This document shows, piece after piece, positions 1 to 10,235 of a DNA stretch of 64,000 bases; the first letter of the stretch is position 1, and each line of letters starts with the position of its first letter. The notes beneath the pieces were generated by a model. It was not told the DNA's origin. It did not search any database and saw only the letters and a program-made list of their open reading frames with translations. The position numbers and the translations under genes are program-made. The stretch is from Puia sp. (GTDB taxonomy: Bacteria; Bacteroidota; Bacteroidia; Chitinophagales; Chitinophagaceae): assembly GCA_036500545.1 (NCBI GenBank), contig DASYBV010000032.1:45721-109720 (forward strand). The letters are read 5' to 3'.

Positions 1-863
1 TGTTCCAGGTAGCGCGGGTCCTTTGTCGACCGGTAGAGCATGGTATAGCCATACAGTCCCCAGGCCTGTCCTCTCGACCAGGCGGACTCATCGGCCGCAC
101 CCTGGGCCGTTTGTTTTTTAATGACTTTCCCCGTCTGCGGATCATAGACCACCACATGGTAGGAACTGTAATTGGGCCGGAAATGGTTCTTCATGGTCGT
201 ATTGGCATGGGTCACGGCCACCTTATAAAAGGAAGAATCCCCGGTAACTTTTGTCGCCCACAGCAATAATTCGAGGTTCATCATATTGTCGATGATCACC
301 CGGAACTGGGTCGTGTCATCGGACTTGCCCCAGCTACGGATACAGCCTACGGCCGGATTAAAGCGGGTCTTCAACGACCGGGCCGAATTCAGCAGGATCT
401 GCTTGTATTTTTCCTCCGGATGGAGACGATACAGGTTCCCATAGCTGCAATACATCATAAAGCCCAGGTCATGGGTGCCGGTATTGAATTGTTCCTTGTC
501 CATCAGGGGTATTTTCCTTACCGCCTCATCGTACAGCGCCTTGTCGCCCGTAGCTTCATACAGGTATAGTAAAGTGCCCGGGTAAAAACCGGCGACCCAA
601 TTGTCCGACGTACAGGTCTTGAGACTGTCATGGGCCATCGACCTCGGCATTACTCCTTCCGGAACCGTTGGGATCAGCACCTTATATTGTTTGTCGGCCT
701 CCTGCATATGCCGGTCGATCCATTTTACGGAAACAGATCCGGCCGCCGAAGCCTCCTGCCGGTCGCCCGGTGAAGCCCCTTGCTTCTTCGAAGCGGAACA
801 GCCGGCGAAGAATCCCCCGGTAATAACCGCCAGGACCCCGGCAGTGAAGAATAATTTGTTCAT
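1..863 (-). CDS. Glycoside hydrolase family 88-like (unsaturated glucuronyl hydrolase) lipoprotein; C-terminal part lies outside the window
   Basis: Absent from the ORF track because it runs off the window. My reverse translation from ATG at 863 gives MNKLFFTAGVLAVITGGFFAGCSASKK (lipobox), then NWVAGFYPG, HDLGFMMYCSYGN, IIDNMMNLELLLWA and SRGQAWGLYGY. I associate these motifs with GH88. Confidence 0.75.
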   Translation of the reverse strand, partial: MNKLFFTAGVLAVITGGFFAGCSASKKQGASPGDRQEASAAGSVSVKWIDRHMQEADKQYKVLIPTVPEGVMPRSMAHDSLKTCTSDNWVAGFYPGTLLYLYEATGDKALYDEAVRKIPLMDKEQFNTGTHDLGFMMYCSYGNLYRLHPEEKYKQILLNSARSLKTRFNPAVGCIRSWGKSDDTTQFRVIIDNMMNLELLLWATKVTGDSSFYKVAVTHANTTMKNHFRPNYSSYHVVVYDPQTGKVIKKQTAQGAADESAWSRGQAWGLYGYTMLYRSTKDPRYLE

Positions 864-921
864 ACGTAGATGTTGTATTGCGTTTTGCATGGTCTGAGTT
901 GAATTTTGAAGGTCTTATGCT

Positions 922-3189
922 CTATAATATCTGATTGGGCAGTTTTTCCATGTCCTCCACAAACCTTGTCCATAACTGAGCAGCTGCTATGTTATGACCA
1001 TTCTTTGGCTTTGGCTGTACCGGGCTTTTCTTCCCGCCGCAGGAAATAAATCCGACCAGCTGCGTATAAGGGCGATGGGTATTCATGTTCGCGGAATAGG
1101 ATCGGATCCATGTCTCCCGGTACCATTTTTCAAAGGGAGGGCGTTCTGCCCGCAGGGTCTCCAGCTCCAATTGCTCCAGGGGCTTCAACGCTTCTCCGAC
1201 CAGGGCCCAGGCCTTTGCCCGGTCCGGCTCCGACAAAGCCCGGAGGAGCAGCAAGGCCGCCTGTGTGGGCCTCCAGTCGAACAGTAACCCAATCTTGACC
1301 TGCTCGTAAAAAAAGACGGCCTGTTCCTGGCGCATTCCTTTCATCTCAACGTCTATCGCCCGGATGACAGCCTGGTATTTTCCGTCCCTGCTCTTCAATA
1401 GCTCGACGTTGCCGGTCTCCGCCGGGGTAAAGGGCTGGCCATTCATCTTCCGGCTCAGCTTGTCCAGGAGATCCTGCACCATCTCCGACCCGAACCAGGT
1501 GATGGCCGGCTTATTCAGCAGGTCATAATATTGCCGGTATATATTACTAAGCCGGGTATTGTCCCCATCGCCGAAATATTCATTGCACCACCATTGAATA
1601 TACGCATCTCCCGTATTATTTTCCTTGTACAGCTCCGCCCCCTTCCAGGTGATCTCGGCCAGCATCCTCGCTTCCATGACGAACTCCCGCAGCTCGCTGG
1701 TATTGACCAGCATGAACTCGGTAGCCTTCCGGTCGATGATCTTTTTGAATTGCTCCGCGATGGTCTGCGGCGATACCGTATGAAAGCTTTGCTTGGTATT
1801 GACGCCGCCGAAATAAGCCAGGTGATAATATACCCCATGTTTCCATTTGCCCGTTTCTTCCGGCAATTCCCGCATGATCCCGTTGTTATCGTCCGGCCAG
1901 ACGATGATCACCTCTTCCGGGATGTTAAAGGCCGCCCGGTTTGTCTTGTACTTATCCAGCATTTCCGTATACAAGGTAAAATGAAATAGCGAGGGATAGT
2001 CCGGGGGCAGCGCATTTTTCACCAATGATACCTGTGTATCGATGGCTTCGAGGAATACTTTCGCCTGTACATCTTCCGGCGTATTGGGCGGGAAATCATA
2101 GGCATGGTCGTCCGTTCCCCTTAAGCCGACAGGCCAGATGGTATACAGCTTCTTGTTTTCTTCCACTCCGCCATTCCAATAGCCGATGATCCCCTTTTTA
2201 TTGGTGAACCAGTCCCATTGGGGATCGATGCCTCTCTTTTTGGCCAGGTCGTACCGTTCGATGCCGAATGGATTGGACAGTAAGATATCATAGTGGTGGG
2301 AAGTATAGAACAACCCCCAGTCGCTGGCGCATTGCTGCACTTCATACCGGCGGTGAACGCGCGTATAGGGCGCCACCATGTTCATCCGGAGACGCAGCGC
2401 CGTCTCAAAATATTTCCGGTACCATTCCATGGGCACATCCCCGAGCCGCATCGGGTAGCCGTTCGCCTCGAATGGCCGTGGAAGGATATCCTCGTCGTCA
2501 TGAAAAAAGCCCCGGTATCGGAAGGCGGGCGCAGCGGTATAAAAATCGGTCTCCTTCAGTACGAGCCCATCCCTGGTCTCGGGGGTAAAGCCGCTCCAGT
2601 GATAAAGGGGATCGATGCCCAGGCGCTCGCACAAGGTATAAACGGCGAAGGCGGTTCCCCGAAAATCCGCCCCTACCAGCCATACGGAATTACCCCGGGT
2701 GCGAATATGATAGGCCTCCTTCTGCCCCATGAGCTGTTGGACTTTCAGATCCCCGGGCACGGTATCCGCGCCCGCCACGGCCAGCCGGATCGTTGCCGTA
2801 CTTTCATCCGCCGTCTCCACGATGGGAGGCAGGAACCCGGTGATCTTTTGGATGTCCGCCGCGAGGAATATCGCCGCCTGCCGGAGAGCCGTATGGGCAT
2901 TCTTCCCGATGGACACCTGGCAGCCCTTTCCATTGGCCACCAATGTTACGTCGCCTTTTGCCGGCTGGTTCCGCTGCACCCAGGAGCCTCGGATGGCGGC
3001 CTTGTCACCCGCCGGTGCGGTATGCCCGGAACCGGCATCCCCGAAGGACCTGCGCTCTTCGCCCTGCGCCTCCTGCTCTCCTTTGCCGGCCAGGCTTTGC
3101 AGCCCTGTTGCGCTTAATGTCAACCCGCCTACGGCCGTAGTACAGTTTCGGATAAAGTCCTTTCTTGAAATATTCTTTTTATTGCTCAT
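922..3189 (-). CDS. GH115-like glycoside hydrolase (alpha-glucuronidase family), Tat-like signal
   Basis: 755-aa ORF. N-terminus is SRKDFIRNCTTAVGGLTL. It also has LRQAAIFLAADIQKITG, FRYRGFFHDDED and YFETALRLRMN...YTSHHYDILLSN, a pattern resembling GH115 catalytic regions. Confidence 0.55.
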   Translation of the reverse strand: MSNKKNISRKDFIRNCTTAVGGLTLSATGLQSLAGKGEQEAQGEERRSFGDAGSGHTAPAGDKAAIRGSWVQRNQPAKGDVTLVANGKGCQVSIGKNAHTALRQAAIFLAADIQKITGFLPPIVETADESTATIRLAVAGADTVPGDLKVQQLMGQKEAYHIRTRGNSVWLVGADFRGTAFAVYTLCERLGIDPLYHWSGFTPETRDGLVLKETDFYTAAPAFRYRGFFHDDEDILPRPFEANGYPMRLGDVPMEWYRKYFETALRLRMNMVAPYTRVHRRYEVQQCASDWGLFYTSHHYDILLSNPFGIERYDLAKKRGIDPQWDWFTNKKGIIGYWNGGVEENKKLYTIWPVGLRGTDDHAYDFPPNTPEDVQAKVFLEAIDTQVSLVKNALPPDYPSLFHFTLYTEMLDKYKTNRAAFNIPEEVIIVWPDDNNGIMRELPEETGKWKHGVYYHLAYFGGVNTKQSFHTVSPQTIAEQFKKIIDRKATEFMLVNTSELREFVMEARMLAEITWKGAELYKENNTGDAYIQWWCNEYFGDGDNTRLSNIYRQYYDLLNKPAITWFGSEMVQDLLDKLSRKMNGQPFTPAETGNVELLKSRDGKYQAVIRAIDVEMKGMRQEQAVFFYEQVKIGLLFDWRPTQAALLLLRALSEPDRAKAWALVGEALKPLEQLELETLRAERPPFEKWYRETWIRSYSANMNTHRPYTQLVGFISCGGKKSPVQPKPKNGHNIAAAQLWTRFVEDMEKLPNQIL

Positions 3190-3250
3190 TTTTACCGGTT
3201 ATACATCATTGTTATAGCATTAAATGTTCCCGTCGCCAGTCGCCCCTTTT

Positions 3251-4627
3251 TCAATAAGCGCCGATATCCGGCCGCCTGTTCTTCGGGATCGGATACCCAT
3301 CGAGGTCTTCCTTATAATGTAAGATCGCCCCGGCCGCCCTCGCCGGGCTGCCCGGCAAGAGCCTGAAGTTCCCGTTGCGGGCGTCGACAAACATCGGGTC
3401 CGCGACCCGGTCGCCTTTACCCCGGGGGATCCCTCCGAGTGGATCGCCCGGGCTATTGCCGGCGAAGAAATAGAGATTATGATCATGCGGCTGGTTACCC
3501 ACCCGGCTCCGCTGGTGCCCCTTTGTCTTATTTAACGGACCATATACCTGGATATCCGGAGGCAGCACGAAGATATTGTTGCGGACCACCAACGAGGTGC
3601 TATCCAGGTTGAAGGTCCAGAATATATAGCGGTCTATATTGGGATCCCGGGTCCTTATGACGGTGTTGTTATAAACAAAAACATTTCTCATCGATCCGCC
3701 GCCGATGAACTGGTTGGTGTCGTCGCTGACATTATAGGCTACGGTAATACTGTCCATCCCCCTGCCTGCCAGCTCCAGGAAACCATGATTGTTGATGGAA
3801 ATATTATGGTGGATATTGACCTGCCGGCCGTCGAAGTCGTCATCCACCCCATCCAGTTCGACCACCCCGCCGTCGGAACCATAAGGGCCTCCATAAGAAC
3901 CATAGTTCTCGATCCGGTTATAGCAGATCTCGTTGTAGGGTTTTACGATCATGATGGCCAGGGGTCCCCAGGAATAGGCCAGCTTGTCGCTGGCATCATG
4001 CAGGTAGTTATGCGTTACCAGGTCATAGGAGCCCTTTATCTTGATGCCTACGGGAGAGTGAAAGAACTCACACTGCCGGATGATATTGTGGTTGGCGCCC
4101 AGCGCGAAATAAACGGCTCCCATCTTCTCCACATTCTTATTGATATGATCGGAGCTGGGCGGGTAGGTATTATCGTGAAAATACAGCCCCTCCAGGATGA
4201 TATAGCTACCCTTTACCTGGAAGATGTTGCCATGGAGCACCGTCCAGTCAGGATTCGTAAAAGAAGGCGCAGGGCCACCCCCGTATTTGATGAAGATACT
4301 ATCCAGCTTCGACCGGGGAATGGCATGGATGATATCGGGGCCTATATGGTAGTGGGAAAAAACAATGGGTTTACCGGCCGTCCCGGACGAATGAAAAACG
4401 AATCCCCCGGTATAGGACGACCCGTCCGCGAATAAAATGCTGTCGCCGGGCAGGAAATCCCGCCGCTCCAGGTTGGTCAGTCCCTTCCAGGCGGCATCGG
4501 TGGTCGTTCCGGCGCGTCCGTCATCCCCGGTCCGGCTATTTATATAATAGGTGGCGGCCCCGGCACTCCCTATCGATAAGAAGAACAGGAGGGCGGCAAG
4601 GAAAGGACGGGCGGCAAATAGCATCAT
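3251..4627 (-). CDS. Secreted right-handed parallel beta-helix repeat protein (candidate polysaccharide lyase or hydrolase)
   Basis: 458-aa ORF with a signal peptide ending SAGAATYYINS. It has GDSILFADGSSYTGGF and repeated short N/H/G-rich beta-helix turns (IHHNISINNHG, VYNNTVI, VRNNIFV). Confidence 0.6.
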   Translation of the reverse strand: MMLFAARPFLAALLFFLSIGSAGAATYYINSRTGDDGRAGTTTDAAWKGLTNLERRDFLPGDSILFADGSSYTGGFVFHSSGTAGKPIVFSHYHIGPDIIHAIPRSKLDSIFIKYGGGPAPSFTNPDWTVLHGNIFQVKGSYIILEGLYFHDNTYPPSSDHINKNVEKMGAVYFALGANHNIIRQCEFFHSPVGIKIKGSYDLVTHNYLHDASDKLAYSWGPLAIMIVKPYNEICYNRIENYGSYGGPYGSDGGVVELDGVDDDFDGRQVNIHHNISINNHGFLELAGRGMDSITVAYNVSDDTNQFIGGGSMRNVFVYNNTVIRTRDPNIDRYIFWTFNLDSTSLVVRNNIFVLPPDIQVYGPLNKTKGHQRSRVGNQPHDHNLYFFAGNSPGDPLGGIPRGKGDRVADPMFVDARNGNFRLLPGSPARAAGAILHYKEDLDGYPIPKNRRPDIGAY

Positions 4628-4638
4628 TAGGAATATAT

Positions 4639-7560
4639 TTATTTAAAGGAGGTCTGCAGCAACACCAGCCTGCGGTCCCCGGTAAAGGTCATCTTTATAT
4701 CCGTCATGGCGGCGGTCGCACCGGGAGCCGCAACCACCGGACAATTCACGATAGCCGTCGTATTTGGTTCGATCTCCTGCCCGACTTCTTTCTCATTCAC
4801 TTTTATTTTGATGGTCAGCTTTTCCGTACTGGGATTCCAGACAAGCGTGGAAGCCGTTTTTTTCCCGGGAAGGACGCTGCACCAGAAGAAACCTTCCCCC
4901 GTATGGTTCTTTGCATCCAGCGGGCGGGGAACGCCCAGTCCCCTGAGATCATAAGGGCCAAAGGGACGTCTTCCATAGGCTACATACTGCAATCCCGGTC
5001 TGTCATTCCATCCCCCCGGCTTCCCGGCGAATTCATCCCCTTCGGCGGTGATCACCAACGGTATTTTCTTGTATTCTCCCGTGAGACGAGGCTTGCCGTT
5101 CACGATCAAGCCGCTGTTCACTCCTGTCAGCAACCCTTTTTCCGACCCATAATTTCCCCATACGATCGGATCGGTGACAATCGGGTAGCGGGCATGCCGT
5201 TCGCGGTCTCCCATATATCCCACTATATTCAGCAGCAGCCGGTCCGCCACCGGATCAAGACCGGACCGGTTTACGAGGTCGAGACCGCATAACAGGACGC
5301 TCCCCTTCCCGTCAAATTGTTCGGCCAGCGCGATGCCTTCCAGCCCCGGCCCATAGTTGCCATATACGGCCGTGGAACCGATATCATTTTTGTTGCCGAC
5401 GGCAAATCCCCCCGTAACCGGGTAAATAGCAGGGAATCCCTTTTGTGACTCGTCCCAGTGGGTATAATCGGACCACACTTTTAAATTCTCCCGGTCGATG
5501 CCCGCGAACAGGGGATGTCCCGGATGTTCGGGGTTGACATAATAGCCATCCCGGGAAGGACGGGGCGCGGGGGGATAATTAGGATCATCCAATTCCACGG
5601 TCACTACCTTTACCGGGTGGCTGAGCAGCGCATTCAGGTTCCGCAGGTGTAGGGTGTCCTGGCAAAGGCTGATCAGCCTCCCGCCCTTTTCGACAAATTG
5701 CTTTATCGCCGTACTATGCTTCAGGAGACCGGCATCCGCGGCATTCTCCCCGATCAGCAATACGGAGGTGAGGGGAAGGGACTCCAATTCGGTCGTTTTA
5801 CGAAAATCGACGGACAGGCTTTTCAGGGCCTTCTCCGTCTTTCCGGAAGGATCGTACAATAGAACGGGCGCCTTTGATCGTACAGCCGTCGCCGTGAGAT
5901 CCGGACCGGCGATATAAAGGTCGAAATAGTTTTCCGAAATGGTCTTCCCTTTCCGGGTAATGGCTCCTTTCAACTGGTAGGAGCCCGCCGGCAGGTCCGC
6001 GGGGATCTTTAGATCCAGCTTATCCTGCCAGGTGTCATAATATTTTATGAGGGGCAATGCCAGCGTATCCGAGACAATGGCTGTCTTTGTGCCATCCAGC
6101 AGCTGGTATACCAGCCGGGCGTCTTTGAGGTCCTGGAAGTCATCGTCGTCGTTGACGATATGCACGATCGGCTGCAGGGTGGCGGCCGCATAGGCGTTCG
6201 GCGTCCAGCATTCCCAGCTCAGCAATACCGGCGCGTATGAAAGCCGGGCCTGTTGGGTGACCGGCTTGGGGGACATATCCACGAAATCACCCACCTGCCA
6301 GTTGTAATATAAGATGGTGAAGGGGAAGAGACCGCTTAGTTCACTGTTCACGGACCGGAGACGCCTGAACAGCTCCGCCGCCTGTTTAAAAGTATAGCTC
6401 TGGTGCTCATTGGCCAGCCGCGCCTGCAGTTCTTCGGGCGCATTGCCCGTCCAGTTCAGCTGAGAACCCGGATTTTTATGATTCGGCGATAGATTATATC
6501 GCCCGTCCGGGCCCGTATAGTTGCCCACACATTCGGTAAACGTGACCGGCTGTACTTTTTTCTTAAAGGGAATGATATCCTCGTTGTACCGGATATGCAG
6601 AAAGGTAAAAGGAGAGGCATAGTACCAGCCCCAGTAGCGGTGAATATCGCAGATATCCCCTGACTTCCCGTACCCATATCCCGCATTGGCGATATAAACA
6701 CGGGTACTGTCCCATTTTTCCATCTGATCATAGGCGTAAGAGAGGAACTTTTCCCATTTCGGCGCCAGCGGACCCCGGAAAGGGGCTTCGTTGACCAGGG
6801 CATAGATCATTAAGCTGGGATGCCCGGCAATGGGCAGGAATTTCTTTTCCTTATACCAGTAGATCGCATCCTCGTAGTTCCCGGGAGGCTGCTGGCCGTT
6901 GACGCCGCCTGCATAGTTGCCTCCGAACACCATCATTCCCTGCTCGTCGCAGACATCATACCAGGTCTCCTCATCGGGTATCCGGATGATATTGACATGA
7001 ATGCTCTTCATGTATTTCACATAGTCTTCGGCGAACTTCCTGCTCCGTCCCACGCTGTCGGGTATTCCCCTTCCGGGAGGATTGATGGCGATGCCCCGGA
7101 GAAAGATTGGCTTGTCATTCAGATAGATCTGCCCGTTCCTTGATTCCACTTTCCGGAAACCCAGTCGTTCGCTGACTTCCTGCGCCACTTTATTGTCCCT
7201 GATCAGCTGCAGCTTTGCCAGGTATAAGTAGGGGTGGACGGGAGTCCACAGCACCGGGGAAAGCCCCTCTACGTTGAAGGAAATATGATGTGCGTCGCGG
7301 TCGGCATAGCCCTGCCCCTGAACGGGTCCCTGCCAGAGGACCGTCCCGTCGCTGACGGACTGGATGATGATCTTATATTGATATTGGGCCAACGCAGCGG
7401 TATCCGCCACATGCGCGACGATCCTTACCCGGTTCATCCCGGTAAAAGGCGTGATCCCCGAAATGACCGGCTGCTGTGCGGCCGATCGGCCGATGCCGGC
7501 GAAAGGAACGGATAACAATAGTAATAACGTTCTGAAGAGTAATAGCGTTCTCCGGTTCAT
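4639..7560 (-). CDS. Glycoside hydrolase family 2 protein with extra C-terminal domains
   Basis: 973-aa ORF with a signal peptide. It has LWTPVHPYLYLAKLQL, GFRKVESRNGQIYLNDKPIFLRGIAINP, NIIRIPDEE, CDEQGMMV and ALVNEAPF (candidate acid/base NE). Confidence 0.7.
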   Translation of the reverse strand: MNRRTLLLFRTLLLLLSVPFAGIGRSAAQQPVISGITPFTGMNRVRIVAHVADTAALAQYQYKIIIQSVSDGTVLWQGPVQGQGYADRDAHHISFNVEGLSPVLWTPVHPYLYLAKLQLIRDNKVAQEVSERLGFRKVESRNGQIYLNDKPIFLRGIAINPPGRGIPDSVGRSRKFAEDYVKYMKSIHVNIIRIPDEETWYDVCDEQGMMVFGGNYAGGVNGQQPPGNYEDAIYWYKEKKFLPIAGHPSLMIYALVNEAPFRGPLAPKWEKFLSYAYDQMEKWDSTRVYIANAGYGYGKSGDICDIHRYWGWYYASPFTFLHIRYNEDIIPFKKKVQPVTFTECVGNYTGPDGRYNLSPNHKNPGSQLNWTGNAPEELQARLANEHQSYTFKQAAELFRRLRSVNSELSGLFPFTILYYNWQVGDFVDMSPKPVTQQARLSYAPVLLSWECWTPNAYAAATLQPIVHIVNDDDDFQDLKDARLVYQLLDGTKTAIVSDTLALPLIKYYDTWQDKLDLKIPADLPAGSYQLKGAITRKGKTISENYFDLYIAGPDLTATAVRSKAPVLLYDPSGKTEKALKSLSVDFRKTTELESLPLTSVLLIGENAADAGLLKHSTAIKQFVEKGGRLISLCQDTLHLRNLNALLSHPVKVVTVELDDPNYPPAPRPSRDGYYVNPEHPGHPLFAGIDRENLKVWSDYTHWDESQKGFPAIYPVTGGFAVGNKNDIGSTAVYGNYGPGLEGIALAEQFDGKGSVLLCGLDLVNRSGLDPVADRLLLNIVGYMGDRERHARYPIVTDPIVWGNYGSEKGLLTGVNSGLIVNGKPRLTGEYKKIPLVITAEGDEFAGKPGGWNDRPGLQYVAYGRRPFGPYDLRGLGVPRPLDAKNHTGEGFFWCSVLPGKKTASTLVWNPSTEKLTIKIKVNEKEVGQEIEPNTTAIVNCPVVAAPGATAAMTDIKMTFTGDRRLVLLQTSFK

Positions 7561-10205
7561 AAGTGTTGAATTTTTATTCCGCTCAGGACCGCGCTGCCTT
7601 TTTTGACGTCGAAGGAGATGTCCACCCCTTCTCCGTTCACGGCCCTGACAATAAACGTTTTTTTGATGGCGACGGCATAGCCATAGGAGCCGGCCAGGTC
7701 CAGGTCCCTCAGCACCGTGCGCCCATTGGCGGCAATATCGAAGACCCGCTCTCCCGCCCCGCTATACCTGCCTTCCGCAAAGTAAAGGGTCACGGCATAC
7801 TCGCCGTCCTTCACATCGAAACGATAACCTTTCAGGCTGTCGAGATAGGTATAGTACAAGGGGACATCCCCCGTGCCTTTTATGATCTCCCCTCTTGCGA
7901 AGGTCTGCCGCACTCCCCCGATAGATCCGAATCCGGATCTGGTATATGGCCGGTCTTCGATCCATACTTCCCCTGAAGGATCGAGGTATTGGGCATTGGA
8001 GCCGGTATTGACGGAGAGGGATTGGAAGGGGACGGCTGCCTCGGCCGGGTGCGCATCATAGACCCGGTAATCGATCGTTGTCTCATCATGCCAGGTCTTC
8101 CCCTCCTGTTTGGCCATGGCCATGATCGTATTCGGGCCTTCTTTCAGGTACACCTGCCAGCTTGCCTTCTTTATTGCATCGGGCTTTATCGTTTTCTGTG
8201 CCTGGCCGTTCACATACAGGGTCACTTCGGCCCGGTTGCTGTATACGTCGATGGTGGAGGGTGCGTCCCGTTCGCCCGCCCGTATCAGCCAGTTGCGCGT
8301 GGCGATATAGACCATCGGATCGGGATTCCAGTTAGCCTTATACAGGTAGTACACATCCTTTGGCTTCCGGTCCCAGGTCACCATTCCCTTTTGATTGCGG
8401 TGAGGGGTAGGCCCGCCGATATTCGGTTGTGAAAAATCGAACTCGTTCCAGATGGACGTACCTGCCAGCCAGGGCCGATCGTCGATCTGGCGGAGATAGG
8501 ATTCATGGTATGCCCGTTGGTATTGCCCGGTATAATCCATGCGCCCGGGCTTTTCCGTATTCAGTTGGATCTCCCCTTCCGCTCCGTATTCACTGACGAA
8601 GATGATCTGCCGCGGATCGGCCCTGTGCATAGCGTCCAGGTCCTTGCCGAAGTCCTCCAGCTTGCCCGAATACCACCCGTCGTATATATTATGGCCTGCC
8701 ACCTGCGAGATCTTATCGAGACCAAAACGCGCATAATCGTCGCTCAAATGCATGGCCATAGTACTATAGCGGGTAGGGTCCTCCACACGCACCGTACTGT
8801 CGAGCCGGACCGCATATTTTCGCAGGCCGCGGATATAGGCCGTATCCGTATGCCGGATGACCCGGCTGCCTTCCTTTCCATATAATAATATTTCATTCAT
8901 CGACCCCCACAGCGCCACGGAGGGGTGATCGTATCCCTGCCGGATCATCTCCCGGATCATGTTTTGCGCGTTATGCAGGAATTCGGGGTCCAGGGTCATA
9001 TAATTCACGACCGGCACTTCCTCCCAGATGATGATACCCAGCTTGTCAGCCCAGTCCAATACGGCCGGCGCCTGCGGGTAGTGTGCGAGACGGATGAAGT
9101 TCGACCCCATCGCCTTGATCATTTTCATATCGCGTTCATGGTCCTCCCCGCTCAGCGCATCTCCTTTTCCCATCAGATCCTGGTGACGCGTAGTGCCATG
9201 CAGGACGAGCTTTTTTCCGTTCAGGCTAAACCCTTTGTCAGGGTCGAAGCTGAACCAGCGAAAGCCCAGGGGGTTGGACACTTCATCCACCGTCCGCCCG
9301 TCCACCTCCAGCCGGCTTACAACCCGGTACAGATAGGGGTCGTCCGGGCTCCACAGGCGGGGATGGCTTATAGGACCGGTCTCCGTCTGCACAAGGGCTT
9401 CTCCCTGCGCGGCGATCGTATATGGATTAACGGTAGAGTCTACCCGGTGTCCGGCAGCGTCATAGATGATATTTACAAACCGGAATGACAACACATGGTC
9501 ACCCTCGTTCTTCACCGTCGAGCGGGCGTTCACGGTTGCCTTTTCCGCGGAGACGGCCGGGGTCTTTATAAATACGCCGGATGCATTGGTGTTCACATCG
9601 GTAAAATGAAGCCCCCCGGTGGCGATCACCCAGACATCGCGGTAGATCCCCCCATAGGAGGCATACCCGATGGACAAAGGAGGGATAAACGGGTCCCATG
9701 CATTACTGACCTGTACGGCTACCAGGTTGCTGCTGCTGTCCCCCTTCCATTTCAACAGGTCCGTTATATCCATGGTGAAGGCCGTATAGCCTCCCTTGTG
9801 CCGTCCCGCAAAGGCCCCGTTCACATAGACATCGGCCAGCTGGCCGGCGCCTTCAAAACAAAGGAAGACCCTCTTATTCCTGAATCGACCGTCGAGCACC
9901 AACGGCCTGCGATACCATCCGACGCTGCGCCGGTAAGTATGATCGTTGTCAAAAGGATCTTTGGCGTTCCAGGTATGGGGCAGCGAAACGTTTTCTCCTT
10001 CGATATCATCCCGTTTCGGATCTGCGGCATAGGCCTTTCCCTCCGAAATATATTTCCAGCCGTCGTCGATGGTAAACCGTACCCTGTCGCCCGCGCCCTC
10101 GCTGGGATTGCGATCGGGAGCCTGCGCCCGGATGCCTTTAAAAGGGATCGTCATCAGGAAGGCTGTCATCAATAAGAACAGGATAATCGTCGTTGATCGG
10201 TTCAT
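7557..10205 (-). CDS. Glycoside hydrolase family 2 (beta-galactosidase/beta-glucuronidase type) with C-terminal malectin-like domain
   Basis: 882-aa ORF. It has DDGWKY...SLPHTWNA, VFLCFEGAGQLADVYVNG, LWSPDDPYLY, GFRWFSFD...LNGKKLVLHGTTRHQD, NFIRLAHYP and WGSMNE. The C-terminus has FDIAANGRTVLRDLDLAGSYG. A 4-nt overlap with the downstream GH2 indicates an operon. Confidence 0.8.
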   Translation of the reverse strand: MNRSTTIILFLLMTAFLMTIPFKGIRAQAPDRNPSEGAGDRVRFTIDDGWKYISEGKAYAADPKRDDIEGENVSLPHTWNAKDPFDNDHTYRRSVGWYRRPLVLDGRFRNKRVFLCFEGAGQLADVYVNGAFAGRHKGGYTAFTMDITDLLKWKGDSSSNLVAVQVSNAWDPFIPPLSIGYASYGGIYRDVWVIATGGLHFTDVNTNASGVFIKTPAVSAEKATVNARSTVKNEGDHVLSFRFVNIIYDAAGHRVDSTVNPYTIAAQGEALVQTETGPISHPRLWSPDDPYLYRVVSRLEVDGRTVDEVSNPLGFRWFSFDPDKGFSLNGKKLVLHGTTRHQDLMGKGDALSGEDHERDMKMIKAMGSNFIRLAHYPQAPAVLDWADKLGIIIWEEVPVVNYMTLDPEFLHNAQNMIREMIRQGYDHPSVALWGSMNEILLYGKEGSRVIRHTDTAYIRGLRKYAVRLDSTVRVEDPTRYSTMAMHLSDDYARFGLDKISQVAGHNIYDGWYSGKLEDFGKDLDAMHRADPRQIIFVSEYGAEGEIQLNTEKPGRMDYTGQYQRAYHESYLRQIDDRPWLAGTSIWNEFDFSQPNIGGPTPHRNQKGMVTWDRKPKDVYYLYKANWNPDPMVYIATRNWLIRAGERDAPSTIDVYSNRAEVTLYVNGQAQKTIKPDAIKKASWQVYLKEGPNTIMAMAKQEGKTWHDETTIDYRVYDAHPAEAAVPFQSLSVNTGSNAQYLDPSGEVWIEDRPYTRSGFGSIGGVRQTFARGEIIKGTGDVPLYYTYLDSLKGYRFDVKDGEYAVTLYFAEGRYSGAGERVFDIAANGRTVLRDLDLAGSYGYAVAIKKTFIVRAVNGEGVDISFDVKKGSAVLSGIKIQHL

Positions 10206-10235
10206 ATAATGTTAGACATTGATTCGTGACAGCTG

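Noticed and set aside
601-897. 98-aa plus-strand ORF at the left edge
   Set aside because: It lies antisense to the GH88-like gene, which I translated by hand from the ATG at 863.
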